A DNA stretch of 64,000 nucleotides from an uncultured virus (IMG/VR IMGVR_UViG_3300021431_000011) (IMGVR_UViG_3300021431_000011); one strand, 5' to 3'. Counted from the first letter of the stretch, positions 8,684 through 17,746 are shown. Made by a program: numbers and translations. Notes: generated from the letters alone by a model not told the origin.

Positions 8684-8817
8684 CCAAAAAGAGAGGTCAA
8701 CGTATAGAAAGTTTATACGTGGGCTTTCTCTTTTTCGTTATATTTACTTTTTGTAAAAATTTTTGTCTCGCTAAAAATACTATTCCTTTTACGAAGCTGA
8801 AAAGAAAGGAGAATGTT

Positions 8818-9177
8818 ATGAAATGCATTTATTGGGGAATTTTCGTTCCAAATTCTGGTGGAAAACTCGATAAGGTTGTGATATTTCAACATGTGACATA
8901 CGGTTTCAAAACCGAGTTTCCAGATGAGTTAGAAGGAAAATCGGCCGACGTTAAAGTTGTTGGCTATGGTAACAATGGCCAAAATGAAGCATATTTGGTT
9001 GAATTGCCAACATGGACAAAACAATATTACGGAGGTTCTTCGATTAAACATATAACTCTATCGGTAGCTTATGGGGGAAAACCTGTAGAAAGTCAATATT
9101 TGGATTTTGAACCTATTGACGAATTTGTATTGAACGGAATTTTCGGATATTTTGACGAAACAGGAATTCATCTATAA
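8818..9177 (+). CDS. 2H phosphoesterase family protein
   Basis: Two HxT motifs (QHVTY, KHITL); AAAGGAG RBS; promoter 8769. Confidence 0.7.
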   Translation: MKCIYWGIFVPNSGGKLDKVVIFQHVTYGFKTEFPDELEGKSADVKVVGYGNNGQNEAYLVELPTWTKQYYGGSSIKHITLSVAYGGKPVESQYLDFEPIDEFVLNGIFGYFDETGIHL

Positions 9178-9273
9178 ACAGCTTTATATAGGCCTTGTTA
9201 GAGTTTTAACAAGGCTTTATATTTTTCGCAATTTTAACTCATACTATATAAGATGGGTTAAGATTGGAGATTT

Positions 9274-9564
9274 ATGAAATACGAAATAAAAATTGCATGG
9301 TATTTATCAAAAAATTTACCAGTAATCGAACAAACTATTGGGTTTTGCAATAACAAAAAGAAAGCTTATAGATTGATTGTTGGTATAGCAAAAACGATTG
9401 CTAAGTATCAAACAATTGATTACAACTGTATAGAATTAAAAAATTGTAAACGAGGTGGTATATTTGGAAAGATTGCTATTATTGAACACTTAGATAAAAT
9501 GCAAAGAAAGTATGGTCCGTTTTACACCCACCCATTAGTATTGGGAAAACCCAAAAACTTTTAG
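9274..9564 (+). CDS. Basic hypothetical protein
   Basis: Promoter 9227, GGAG RBS. Confidence 0.6.
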   Translation: MKYEIKIAWYLSKNLPVIEQTIGFCNNKKKAYRLIVGIAKTIAKYQTIDYNCIELKNCKRGGIFGKIAIIEHLDKMQRKYGPFYTHPLVLGKPKNF

Positions 9565-9613
9565 CAAGTTGATATTTAACTTGCTTTTAGTTTTTTACGT
9601 TAGGAGATGTGTT

Positions 9614-9790
9614 ATGATAGATGAACAGAAAAAACTTAAAAAGATTCTCAATGATATTCAAGAAAAACTTACTCATTATCCTTCTATAGTGGATGAAGAT
9701 CCAAACCAAGATAAATATTATTTAGAGATTTTACCATTAACAAAATCTGAAATGCAAGCGTTAGAAAAACTTATATCTTTGCAATTTTAA
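9614..9790 (+). CDS. Hypothetical protein
   Basis: AGGAG RBS before ATG 9614. Confidence 0.55.
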   Translation: MIDEQKKLKKILNDIQEKLTHYPSIVDEDPNQDKYYLEILPLTKSEMQALEKLISLQF

Positions 9791-9811
9791 CTTGCGCTTA
9801 TATAGGAATCT

Positions 9812-10231
9812 TGTAGCGGACCTAGGTGGTATGAGGGAGACTAGGCAAAGAGGAATCGACAAAGGTCGAGCAGTTGATCTCATAGAAAGAAAAGAATTCG
9901 ATGGTATCAAAATTAATATCGTAACCGAAGCGAATGTATTCTGGATGATTCTTGAGCATGGAGAAGGATTGCCTATGCCAATACATATTCAGTAGTCTGT
10001 TCCGAGTATAGACGCCGCTTTTATAGGGCGTTTATATTTTTGCCTCGCCAAAATTACTGCATATATTTTAGAAAGGGAGAGAAACTAAGAGATCGTAGAG
10101 CCATTGCTGGTGAAAACCCAGCCATCTATGCGAACGGCCACCTGTAGTCAGCATAGACTCGTCCCTTTTACTGTAGTGGACCTAGGTGGTATGAGGGAGA
10201 CTAGGCAAAGAGGAATCGACAAAGGTCGAGC
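9812..10231 (+). repeat. 60-nt structured direct repeat (9812-9871, 10172-10231)
   Basis: 59/60 identity; hairpins CCTAG/CTAGG and TCGAC-AAAG-GTCGA. Confidence 0.9.
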
Positions 10232-10398
10232 GGTAAATCCGTGGGAAAAACAGGTATTTATTTTTTTCTCGCAAAAATTACGTTTCATATAATGAGATGG
10301 AGTAGAGTAAGAATGTAGCAGGTAAACAGTGCTTGTTATATTTTTATTGCTGCTCAAAATTTTTATGGCCAAAAGTGCCAAGAGAGGAGTTTTGTGGT

Positions 10399-10743
10399 AT
10401 GAAGCTATCAAAAGAGATTATGGATAAACTTCGTGATGCTTGGAAAGATCAAGGCGAGCTTTATCCGTGGACGACCTGTGCAGAGGTTCTTACAGGTATC
10501 ATGGTCATGGAAGGTGAGGAGCAAGATAAGGTCTCTGCGACCGATAAGAAATCGGCCAAGCCGATCTATAAAACTTATGAAGACCTTGCTTATATTTCAG
10601 CAATGGAAGCAACTCGCTGTCATATGTTGATCGATAAGCTTAAGGCCACTATCGATCTTCTTGATGCTCAACAGCAGTACTATGAAGCTATAAGTGCCAT
10701 TGAGCGTGATAATGAGTCGTTCGGATTTGATCTAGATATTTAA
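10399..10743 (+). CDS. Hypothetical protein
   Basis: GAGGAG RBS; terminator ~10755-10795. Confidence 0.7.
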   Translation: MKLSKEIMDKLRDAWKDQGELYPWTTCAEVLTGIMVMEGEEQDKVSATDKKSAKPIYKTYEDLAYISAMEATRCHMLIDKLKATIDLLDAQQQYYEAISAIERDNESFGFDLDI

Positions 10744-10813
10744 ATGTAATAAGAATATGAGAGGTGCTAATAGAATAAGCATCTCTCATATTTTTTACTG
10801 AAAGGTTTGTGCA

Positions 10814-11086
10814 ATGAGTAAAACATGGCTAAGCGAAGACGATATTGACCCATTTGATCAAGCAGCGGTGCGTGCTTACTTGCTAGACATTGAGCGAGAA
10901 TACAACAAAAAACGAGAACAACTCTATTATAAAACTCAATCATATTTTCATCAATCTATATCCAGCGATTACACTAAAGAAGAAGATCTTCATGAAATCA
11001 TTAATGAGTGTGAACGATTGAAGCAGCAACATAGAGATTTTAAAAAATTTGTATCCGATATTAGAGGAACTAAATACATTATTTAA
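10814..11086 (+). CDS. Hypothetical protein
   Basis: GAAAGG RBS. Confidence 0.65.
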   Translation: MSKTWLSEDDIDPFDQAAVRAYLLDIEREYNKKREQLYYKTQSYFHQSISSDYTKEEDLHEIINECERLKQQHRDFKKFVSDIRGTKYII

Positions 11087-11112
11087 ATAATCAAGATTAG
11101 AAAGGATCAATA

Positions 11113-11415
11113 ATGCTTGAAATACATGTTATATTTCCGGAGCAGAAAGATGCTTATGTAGCAAATACTAGAGTGTGCGAATTTTTTCAAGGTTCGTTAG
11201 CATTTATTGATAATAATATTGTCGTAACACCTGTTGTGTCAGAATACATAGGCGATCGTAAAACATGGGCGTTTGATATTTGCTTTTCCGATAAAGGCAC
11301 GGACCATAGACTTGTTATTACTGGCGGCGAGCTTCTTCTACAAAACGGCACGAGTAATGTATGGGCATTTAGTAAAGTGGACAATTATGTCAATCGAAAA
11401 GATAGCACGGAATAA
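11113..11415 (+). CDS. Hypothetical protein
   Basis: GAAAGGA RBS. Confidence 0.65.
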   Translation: MLEIHVIFPEQKDAYVANTRVCEFFQGSLAFIDNNIVVTPVVSEYIGDRKTWAFDICFSDKGTDHRLVITGGELLLQNGTSNVWAFSKVDNYVNRKDSTE

Positions 11416-11773
11416 AGAAATTTTGGCGAAACATCGAGCCGGATTGTCATATTCTGACTTAGCGAATGAATACGAAATTAGCATACCTAGAGTTCGACAA
11501 ATACTTCAAAAAGAACGAGCATATGGATTATCTAAGCCAAGCATGATATTTGAAATTAAACAATCATGCGAAGATTTTAATGCTGCAGATGGTATGCTTT
11601 TCAGAATTCTAAATGCTCTACATAACGAACGTATTGATATTCACGGCAGATGGCTAAAACTATCCAGAGAGGAGATGTTGTCAATACGAGGAATAGGTCA
11701 GCAAGCCGTTGATATTTTAATGCATGCACAAGAGATTGCAAAAAAAGTGAAAGGTGATGTACGACATGGGTAA
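11387..11773 (+). CDS. HTH plus RNA polymerase alpha-CTD-like protein
   Basis: RNKEI..GLSYSDLANEYEISIPRVRQIL HTH; RILNAL...LSREEMLSIRGIG alpha-CTD/HhH pattern; paralog of 4602..4973. Confidence 0.65.
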   Translation: MSIEKIARNKEILAKHRAGLSYSDLANEYEISIPRVRQILQKERAYGLSKPSMIFEIKQSCEDFNAADGMLFRILNALHNERIDIHGRWLKLSREEMLSIRGIGQQAVDILMHAQEIAKKVKGDVRHG

Positions 11774-12017
11774 GATTCGATTTTTTATTAAAGGTATGCA
11801 CACGACTTTTGATCTAGTTCTCATAGCAACGATATGGGCCCTTTCTGAAAAGAATACTCGTCTCGAAAATGAAATAAAAGATTTGACAAAGCAGAATCCT
11901 CGTTCGCCATATTGTTTTAAAAAGCAGTCAGCAACCAAATCTGTACCGAAAGAACAAGCTAAGTATCCTATCGGTTTTGCGTCAGTTCTTGATATTTTCG
12001 AGGATAATAATGATTGA
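11766..12017 (+). CDS. Hypothetical protein
   Basis: AAGGTG RBS, coupled to the upstream gene. Confidence 0.55.
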   Translation: MGKIRFFIKGMHTTFDLVLIATIWALSEKNTRLENEIKDLTKQNPRSPYCFKKQSATKSVPKEQAKYPIGFASVLDIFEDNND

Positions 12018-12300
12018 TGCACGTGATTATTCTACATCGGAAGAACTCAAAGAAGCAATGAAACGCGAATACAGAGCGCAGATTTTAGAAATCATGATGT
12101 CTGAATTGCGATCTTTAAATGCTGATATTTCCCAAATGCAAAGCTTGACCAACTATCCTTTTGTTAATGAAGTAGCGAATCTTAAACGTAATGATATTTA
12201 TTGGAAAGTAGATCGCATTCAAGAATTAGCAAAAAGAGTTGCTTATACAGCATCATCAATGAAAAACGTCTGTCGACTTATACCAGGAGATGATATTTAA
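12010..12300 (+). CDS. Hypothetical protein
   Basis: GAGG RBS, overlapping operon. Confidence 0.55.
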   Translation: MIDARDYSTSEELKEAMKREYRAQILEIMMSELRSLNADISQMQSLTNYPFVNEVANLKRNDIYWKVDRIQELAKRVAYTASSMKNVCRLIPGDDI

Positions 12301-12590
12301 TGAGGATGCCCGATTATCCGCATACTTCTGTGAAGCCTGAGGTTAGAGCTGCAATATTGGATGAGCCAGAAAAAAGATTAGATTTTTTAAAAAGTCAGGT
12401 GGCCTTTCTAGAAGAGAATCTGACGGATGATGAAAAATCCGACAAACTTATTGCAGCAAAGTTGGAAGCGTTGACGCAAAAAATTTCTCAGTTAGAAAAT
12501 TTAGTAAATCAAATGAATGACGCTTGCGAAAAAGGTGAGAAAGAAGTCATTGCATTACTTAACACTTTTGAGCCTATTAAACGCGATTGA
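12300..12590 (+). CDS. Coiled-coil hypothetical protein
   Basis: TAATG coupling, AGGAG RBS. Confidence 0.6.
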   Translation: MRMPDYPHTSVKPEVRAAILDEPEKRLDFLKSQVAFLEENLTDDEKSDKLIAAKLEALTQKISQLENLVNQMNDACEKGEKEVIALLNTFEPIKRD

Positions 12591-12649
12591 TATTCTCGCA
12601 ATTTTTACGTTTTGTATAATAGGTTAGGTAGGCATAGATTGAAAAGGAG

Positions 12650-12886
12650 ATGATTGCTATGCCGAGTGGAATCAAGATCGCAAAATTTGTTGGCGGCGTT
12701 ATTGAAGTCTGTTTTCTGATATCCTTCGTGTATGAAGTTGGTAGGGAAGCTGGACGAAAAGAGCAGGTGGAAGAAGCTGCTCAGCAAGTTCAGGAGAATA
12801 CGCTGAACATGGAGGATTTCATCAAGATGTTGAAGAACGTCGACAAGAATGTGGTCGACAAAGCTCGTTTGACGGTTGTCGGGTAA
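12650..12886 (+). CDS. Membrane-anchored small protein
   Basis: Promoter 12597, AAGGAG RBS, terminator ~12910. Confidence 0.7.
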   Translation: MIAMPSGIKIAKFVGGVIEVCFLISFVYEVGREAGRKEQVEEAAQQVQENTLNMEDFIKMLKNVDKNVVDKARLTVVG

Positions 12887-12966
12887 ATCAAGCCGCCGGA
12901 CCTATGGGGAAGGATCTGTAGAAATACAGGTCCTTCTTTTTTATTTTTTAAAGGAGAATTTTCAAC

Positions 12967-13332
12967 ATGCTTATTCCGCTAAAACTTTATGGATTTTTGT
13001 CAAATTTGCATGATGCTGTAATTGACGTGAAAAATGACAGTAAAACCAAAGCAGGAACAGTCATCGAATACATTATCGATAATCCAGATAAAGTAATTCT
13101 TGGAATTGGTACAGTAGCTAGTCTTTTGAGAGCTAGTCAAAGTCTTGTTGTAAGTCATCGAAATTATTCACAACGCAAGTATGCAGAACGGTCATATTAT
13201 GATCCGCATACGCATACTAAGTGGATGCTTCGCAGACAACTTACTAATTACGAAAAGAAATCGCTTAATCAACGAGTCAGCAATGGAGAAACTGCCGTTG
13301 ATATTTTAGAAGAAATGGGGGTACTTAAATGA
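12967..13332 (+). CDS. Conserved-type phage hypothetical protein
   Basis: AAGGAG RBS; YDP....W.LRR.LTN.E motif. Confidence 0.65.
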   Translation: MLIPLKLYGFLSNLHDAVIDVKNDSKTKAGTVIEYIIDNPDKVILGIGTVASLLRASQSLVVSHRNYSQRKYAERSYYDPHTHTKWMLRRQLTNYEKKSLNQRVSNGETAVDILEEMGVLK

Positions 13333-13673
13333 CAGAACAAACAGAGCCATTGGCAAACAAGTCTCAAAACGTTGTCTATTTATATTTATGTGACGGGAAA
13401 GCTTGTTCCGAAGAAGATAAAAAGTGTTGCTGGACATTAAATTTACCGCCCGATTTAACATGCAGACATACGACAAATGAAGAGCATTCATTAGCTAAAA
13501 AACTTAGAGGTTTAATTCCAACAAAATTCGATCCATTTTCAGAAAACAAGCATATTTTGGTCGAGCACTTTGATTATAAGTATGCAAAGAAAGATGCTTT
13601 AGAAAAATTTCTGAATTCTCTACCAAAAAAGAAAGACACTGGTGAATCAAATAATGACGAAGAACAAGAATAA
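13329..13673 (+). CDS. Cys/His-containing hypothetical protein
   Basis: YLCDGKAC...CRHTT...H motif. Confidence 0.6.
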   Translation: MTEQTEPLANKSQNVVYLYLCDGKACSEEDKKCCWTLNLPPDLTCRHTTNEEHSLAKKLRGLIPTKFDPFSENKHILVEHFDYKYAKKDALEKFLNSLPKKKDTGESNNDEEQE

Positions 13674-14139
13674 CCCATTTTATCAGGCATGTATTGATGC
13701 GTGCATCAAACTTGATAAGAAAAAGGGACTTGGAACTTACGCTTATAACATTTTAGATGATAATGGTATAGTTGAGCATATTCTTAACGGAACTTTGAAT
13801 TTGGATGATTATACCGATAGAGATTTGGAATCCTTTCGCGGATTGAGTTTTACCACTATCGAAATACTTCGCGTAGCATGGAATTTATATACGAAAAAGC
13901 CTTTGCAAAAAACATTGGATTTAGATCCAGCAATGCTGCGAGGATATTCTACTGGTAAAGATCTTATTCGATGGATTAAAGACCATAAGCTTGAGCACAA
14001 ACGAGTATATTATGCGCATCATGATTGTGTCGGTTTTGTAATAGAAACGCGCGAATTCGAGGGCATGGAGTATGACACCACTGCGGATCTAAATGTTATT
14101 AATGGCGATTATGTAGAAGTTCAGGAGCATATTTCATGA
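13654..14139 (+). CDS. Protein with an alpha-CTD-like N-terminal domain
   Basis: YAYNIL..NGI...YTDRDLESFRGLS..TIEIL. Confidence 0.5.
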   Translation: MTKNKNNPFYQACIDACIKLDKKKGLGTYAYNILDDNGIVEHILNGTLNLDDYTDRDLESFRGLSFTTIEILRVAWNLYTKKPLQKTLDLDPAMLRGYSTGKDLIRWIKDHKLEHKRVYYAHHDCVGFVIETREFEGMEYDTTADLNVINGDYVEVQEHIS

Positions 14140-14330
14140 GTGGACAAAATATTTATGCCATGTTCTGCAAAGTACTTGGTGGAGTGAAAAACGATGTTCG
14201 AATGTTTAAAACCTGCGGAGATCGGTCTATTATATTATACCTAACAAATGGTGAACTTCCGTTATTGTTTACAGTAGTCGATAGTCAAAAAGAGATTTGG
14301 ACATTAGAGCCTGTAATTAATACCAAATGA
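14136..14330 (+). CDS. Hypothetical protein
   Basis: ATGA coupling, AGGAG RBS. Confidence 0.6.
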   Translation: MSGQNIYAMFCKVLGGVKNDVRMFKTCGDRSIILYLTNGELPLLFTVVDSQKEIWTLEPVINTK

Positions 14331-14351
14331 TATTTTGAAAGAGGTTGCATA

Positions 14352-14843
14352 ATGAGTTTTAGTTTTTTAAACGGACTTGATTTAAATAATGGTAGAATTT
14401 TTATTATTATGGTCGGACCACCTGGAGCAGGGAAGACAACTGTGTCTAAGAAACTTGTAGATGATTACGGTTTTGTTCGAATTTGCCCGGATGATATTCG
14501 AGAGGAAATTACTGGTAACGCCAGTAATCAGGATCGTAACGAAGAGGTGTTCACCAAAGTTTATTCGAGACTTAGCGAATACCTGAATCAAGGCTTTAAT
14601 GTAGTTTATGATGCTACAAATTGTAGATCTGCATATCGTTTTAAAGTTCTTGATATTGCTCGAAAATCAGCTAATACGATAGTTTGTATGGTATCAACTA
14701 CTCCTATTAGCGATTGTTTGGAGCGTAATAAAAATCGCTATGAGCGTCATGTTCCAGAAGAAGTAATTGAGCGAATGTATTTTACACTTAAAAAGCATCC
14801 GCCAACGATTTTTGAAGGGTATGATTTAATTGTCGGTTTCTAA
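14352..14843 (+). CDS. P-loop kinase (polynucleotide kinase/AAA_33 type)
   Basis: GPPGAGKT, DDIR, DATN, C..RN..R..VP.EVI. Confidence 0.85.
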   Translation: MSFSFLNGLDLNNGRIFIIMVGPPGAGKTTVSKKLVDDYGFVRICPDDIREEITGNASNQDRNEEVFTKVYSRLSEYLNQGFNVVYDATNCRSAYRFKVLDIARKSANTIVCMVSTTPISDCLERNKNRYERHVPEEVIERMYFTLKKHPPTIFEGYDLIVGF

Positions 14844-15195
14844 TAAAGAGCATGATTCATGCTCTTCAGAATTATATTCGAATTTGGATAAAATTAGACA
14901 TTTAATTTCAGAACCAGCTCTATATGAGCAGATGGCAGAAGAATGTTCCGAGCTTAGTCAAGTACTTTTGAAAAAAGCTCGTAAATTGCGAAATGAAAAC
15001 TATACGCCAAAATCATATTCTGAAATTAATGACAATTTAATTGAAGAATACACGGATGTTAGACTTTGTGCAATGGTGCTTTCCTTATCAATTGATGAGA
15101 CAATTCTCTCTGAAAAACTAAATCGATGGATATTTCGAAATAGTGATATAGGAAAGAATCTTATGGCGAATGGAGAATCGTATGAAAATTCTTGA
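14830..15195 (+). CDS. MazG-like nucleotide pyrophosphohydrolase
   Basis: EECSEL...EEYTDV acidic motifs. Confidence 0.7.
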   Translation: MSVSNKEHDSCSSELYSNLDKIRHLISEPALYEQMAEECSELSQVLLKKARKLRNENYTPKSYSEINDNLIEEYTDVRLCAMVLSLSIDETILSEKLNRWIFRNSDIGKNLMANGESYENS

Positions 15196-15826
15196 CGCTT
15201 CTTACAAAATTGTGCGTCTTCAAAAAGAAATTGATGTAGATCAGATAAGCGATGCATATTGTATGTGCTACGAAACACCGCATCCCACATCATATGAAAA
15301 GCAATGTGATATCATTAGAAATCACAGAAAACATGGATCACCGCTTGAGCATTCTATTATGACCGTTGACTTCGTAATCAATCGTGGAATTAGTCATGAA
15401 TTGGTTCGCCATAGGCATACTGGATATTCTCAGCAGTCTACTCGCTATTGCAATTTTAGTAAAAACAAATTCGGCAATAGTGTAAGTTTCATTAAAGATT
15501 CCAGAATTTCAATCGATAATGCGGCACTATACGATCTATGGGTTCGTGGATTGCAAGCGGATGAAGACGAATATTTTGCTCGTTTGAACATGGGACAAAC
15601 ACCAGAGGAAGCACGAGGTTGTCTGCCGAATGATCTGGCAACACGACTGAAAGTATCGACTAATTTCCGTGAATGGCATGATATTTTCACTTTGCGTTGT
15701 GATACTCATGCTCATTATCAAATGCGAGAGATTATGAGGCCTTTATGCGAAGAGATGATTCGTGAGCTTCCTTGCATTTTTGATGACATTCATCCCGAGT
15801 TGGATTTTGTGGTGCTCGATGATTAA
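15182..15826 (+). CDS. thyX: FAD-dependent thymidylate synthase
   Basis: HGSPLEH and SHELVRHR-x7-S-TRY motifs, EARG.LP. Confidence 0.95.
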   Translation: MKILDASYKIVRLQKEIDVDQISDAYCMCYETPHPTSYEKQCDIIRNHRKHGSPLEHSIMTVDFVINRGISHELVRHRHTGYSQQSTRYCNFSKNKFGNSVSFIKDSRISIDNAALYDLWVRGLQADEDEYFARLNMGQTPEEARGCLPNDLATRLKVSTNFREWHDIFTLRCDTHAHYQMREIMRPLCEEMIRELPCIFDDIHPELDFVVLDD

Positions 15827-16043
15827 TAACTGGGAATTTCGGCAAGAGATTAAGCGTAATGCTTTGAAAAGAATTGTTCAAGATGGGAATTCTTTACAAT
15901 CATTAATTGGTGTTTTAGATTTACAACTTAGTACTGATCAAAAAGATGACGCTGTCGAAACGCTCTCATTTATAGAAACAATATTAACTCAAACGGATGC
16001 TGATTGTAGATCGTTGGATGCAGCATTGGATTACGAACAGTAA
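15819..16043 (+). CDS. Hypothetical protein
   Basis: Overlaps the thyX stop, operon-like. Confidence 0.5.
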   Translation: MINNWEFRQEIKRNALKRIVQDGNSLQSLIGVLDLQLSTDQKDDAVETLSFIETILTQTDADCRSLDAALDYEQ

Positions 16044-16056
16044 GGAATTATATTTT

Positions 16057-16380
16057 ATGGCTCAGCAGAAAGCATTTAAAGATCCTCGTCAAATGTCTGG
16101 AGAAAAGGAAGCAATTGATATTGTTTATAAATGGTATAAAAGTCAACATAGAAAAATTGATCGCGATTCAATCTATGTTGTATGGTTTGCTTTTGTCGGC
16201 TATAGCGGATTTAAATGCATGATTACATCGCATGATTATAAAGATTATTTCTTTGAGATTACCATGAATAAGCGAACGGGTGAAATGCGATGCGACTGCT
16301 TTAAGCGCTTTGAATATATTGTAAAACCCGCTGACCATGATAAGCGTGAATCCGATTCTAATGATATTTCGCTTATATAA
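16057..16380 (+). CDS. DUF6275-like phage protein (second copy)
   Basis: IYVVWF...FKCMI...YFFEIT.N...E...D.FKR. Confidence 0.6.
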   Translation: MAQQKAFKDPRQMSGEKEAIDIVYKWYKSQHRKIDRDSIYVVWFAFVGYSGFKCMITSHDYKDYFFEITMNKRTGEMRCDCFKRFEYIVKPADHDKRESDSNDISLI

Positions 16381-16444
16381 CTCTCGCAGAATTAACTCGC
16401 ACTATAATAGGTAGGTATTACAAATACGTTTGAAAGGCGATGCA

Positions 16445-16618
16445 ATGAACGTTAGTGTTGTGTGCGAGTATCTGATTGACTCCATAATGATACTTGTCGG
16501 CATGGGTGTGCTGGTGCACATCTATGCAGAACAACGATATCAGGAAGGGATTGAAAAGGGAATGCGCATGCAGCGGAAGATTGATCGCGCTGCTAGACGC
16601 GGAGAGTTTTATCGGTAG
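16445..16618 (+). CDS. Small membrane protein
   Basis: Promoter 16385, GAAAGG RBS, terminator 16621-16657. Confidence 0.65.
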   Translation: MNVSVVCEYLIDSIMILVGMGVLVHIYAEQRYQEGIEKGMRMQRKIDRAARRGEFYR

Positions 16619-16696
16619 ATAAGAGGGGATCTATAGAAAATTATAGATCCCCTCTTTCATGTTTTTGCATGCTCTTCTTTAGAAAGGATTTCAGGC

Positions 16697-17446
16697 ATGA
16701 GTGGCACAATCAACGATGCGATTGTTGGCGCAGTTGTTGGAAATATTCTCGGAACTGATAGATGGCTAATTGGTCGTGATGAATCTAAAGAAACTTTAAA
16801 CGATGATATTCAAATGTATATAGAAAAATCGATGACGCTAAATGCTATGTCTAAAATCATTCGATCAATGAAACACTATGATGGTTTTTGCATTGATGAT
16901 ATTTCTTCAAAAATCAAAACGATCGACGGTCTGTGTAGTGGTAGCGAAAATTGCTATGTTACTCCCAATGATGGATCGGTTTTATGTTGGATTTATTTAG
17001 CCGCTTTTTCTGATATTTTCGTCGAGCATGATTATTCTTTAGATTTCACAATTAGTAGTATTTGTAAAGTCACACATGCCGATGATGACACTATAAATCT
17101 CTGCATCGAATATTGTCATCTTATTCATGATATTTTCTGTAATCATATGAATCAGGAAGGAATTCTACAAGTTCTTCCAGAACTTGATATTCTTGCTGGA
17201 GATGTTCCAATATATCGAGATGCAAAGTCAACGTTTTTCGCTGGACTTTGGGCATTTGTTCATGCAACGAATTACGAAAATGCTTTGTATAATTGTGCCG
17301 AACTTGATCATGGCCGAGGTTTTACAAATTGGATTCCAACAGTTGCTGGAACACTTGCTGGTTTATATTTCGGATCCGATTCAATTCCACAGTATCTTAT
17401 GAAGGATTTCAAAATCGATGACTATTTGAATAGCTTGACTTTTTAA
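16697..17446 (+). CDS. ADP-ribosylglycohydrolase-fold protein (degenerate active site)
   Basis: GAVVGNILG, NDDIQM, ND GSV, VTH, VAGTLAGLYFGSDSIP. Confidence 0.75.
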   Translation: MSGTINDAIVGAVVGNILGTDRWLIGRDESKETLNDDIQMYIEKSMTLNAMSKIIRSMKHYDGFCIDDISSKIKTIDGLCSGSENCYVTPNDGSVLCWIYLAAFSDIFVEHDYSLDFTISSICKVTHADDDTINLCIEYCHLIHDIFCNHMNQEGILQVLPELDILAGDVPIYRDAKSTFFAGLWAFVHATNYENALYNCAELDHGRGFTNWIPTVAGTLAGLYFGSDSIPQYLMKDFKIDDYLNSLTF

Positions 17447-17459
17447 GAGGCGAATTTTT

Positions 17460-17723
17460 ATGGAAAATCATATTGTAATTATTGCGTGTTTTGCATTCAT
17501 CGGCATGGTTATACTTTTGTTTGTAATAACATTTGCCACTTACCACGTTGGTTATAATAACGGCTATGCTACTGGGTATAAAGATAGCAGACGAGATATT
17601 CGACGAAAGCGAATAAATGCTAATTATTTTCAATCAACCAACAGTGTAAGAGTTTTGCCGCCGAATTCTAAAAAGCCGGTATATATTGATGGCCGTTATA
17701 GGTTTAACGAACACAATGATTAG
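17460..17723 (+). CDS. Membrane protein
   Basis: N-terminal TM, GY..GY..GY repeat. Confidence 0.6.
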   Translation: MENHIVIIACFAFIGMVILLFVITFATYHVGYNNGYATGYKDSRRDIRRKRINANYFQSTNSVRVLPPNSKKPVYIDGRYRFNEHND

Positions 17724-17746
17724 TATTTTTATAGAAAGGCTAATAA

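Larger units (their letters stand above)
6547..8796 (+). repeat. ~105-bp terminator-linker-promoter repeat at 6547, 7946, 8345, 8691 (partial copy at ~6912)
   Basis: GAGAAGTCTATGTATAGAAAGTTTATACATGGGCTTTCTCTTTTTCGTTATATTTACTTTTTGTAAAAATTTTTGCCTCG... near-identical copies. Confidence 0.9.

Noticed and set aside
6547..8796. Repeats as a CRISPR array or integron attC sites
   Set aside because: Units are ~105 bp, separated by whole genes, and made of a terminator plus promoter; I saw no cas operon or integrase
7737..8817. Long N-terminal extensions of ORFs 7737..8336 and 8719..9177
   Set aside because: They read through the terminator-promoter repeat; RBSs indicate starts at 8076 and 8818
9792..10292. 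ORFs 9792..9995 and 10104..10292 as paralogous proteins
   Set aside because: The shared peptide comes from the 60-nt repeat; both have weak TTG starts without an RBS, and the first starts inside the promoter motif
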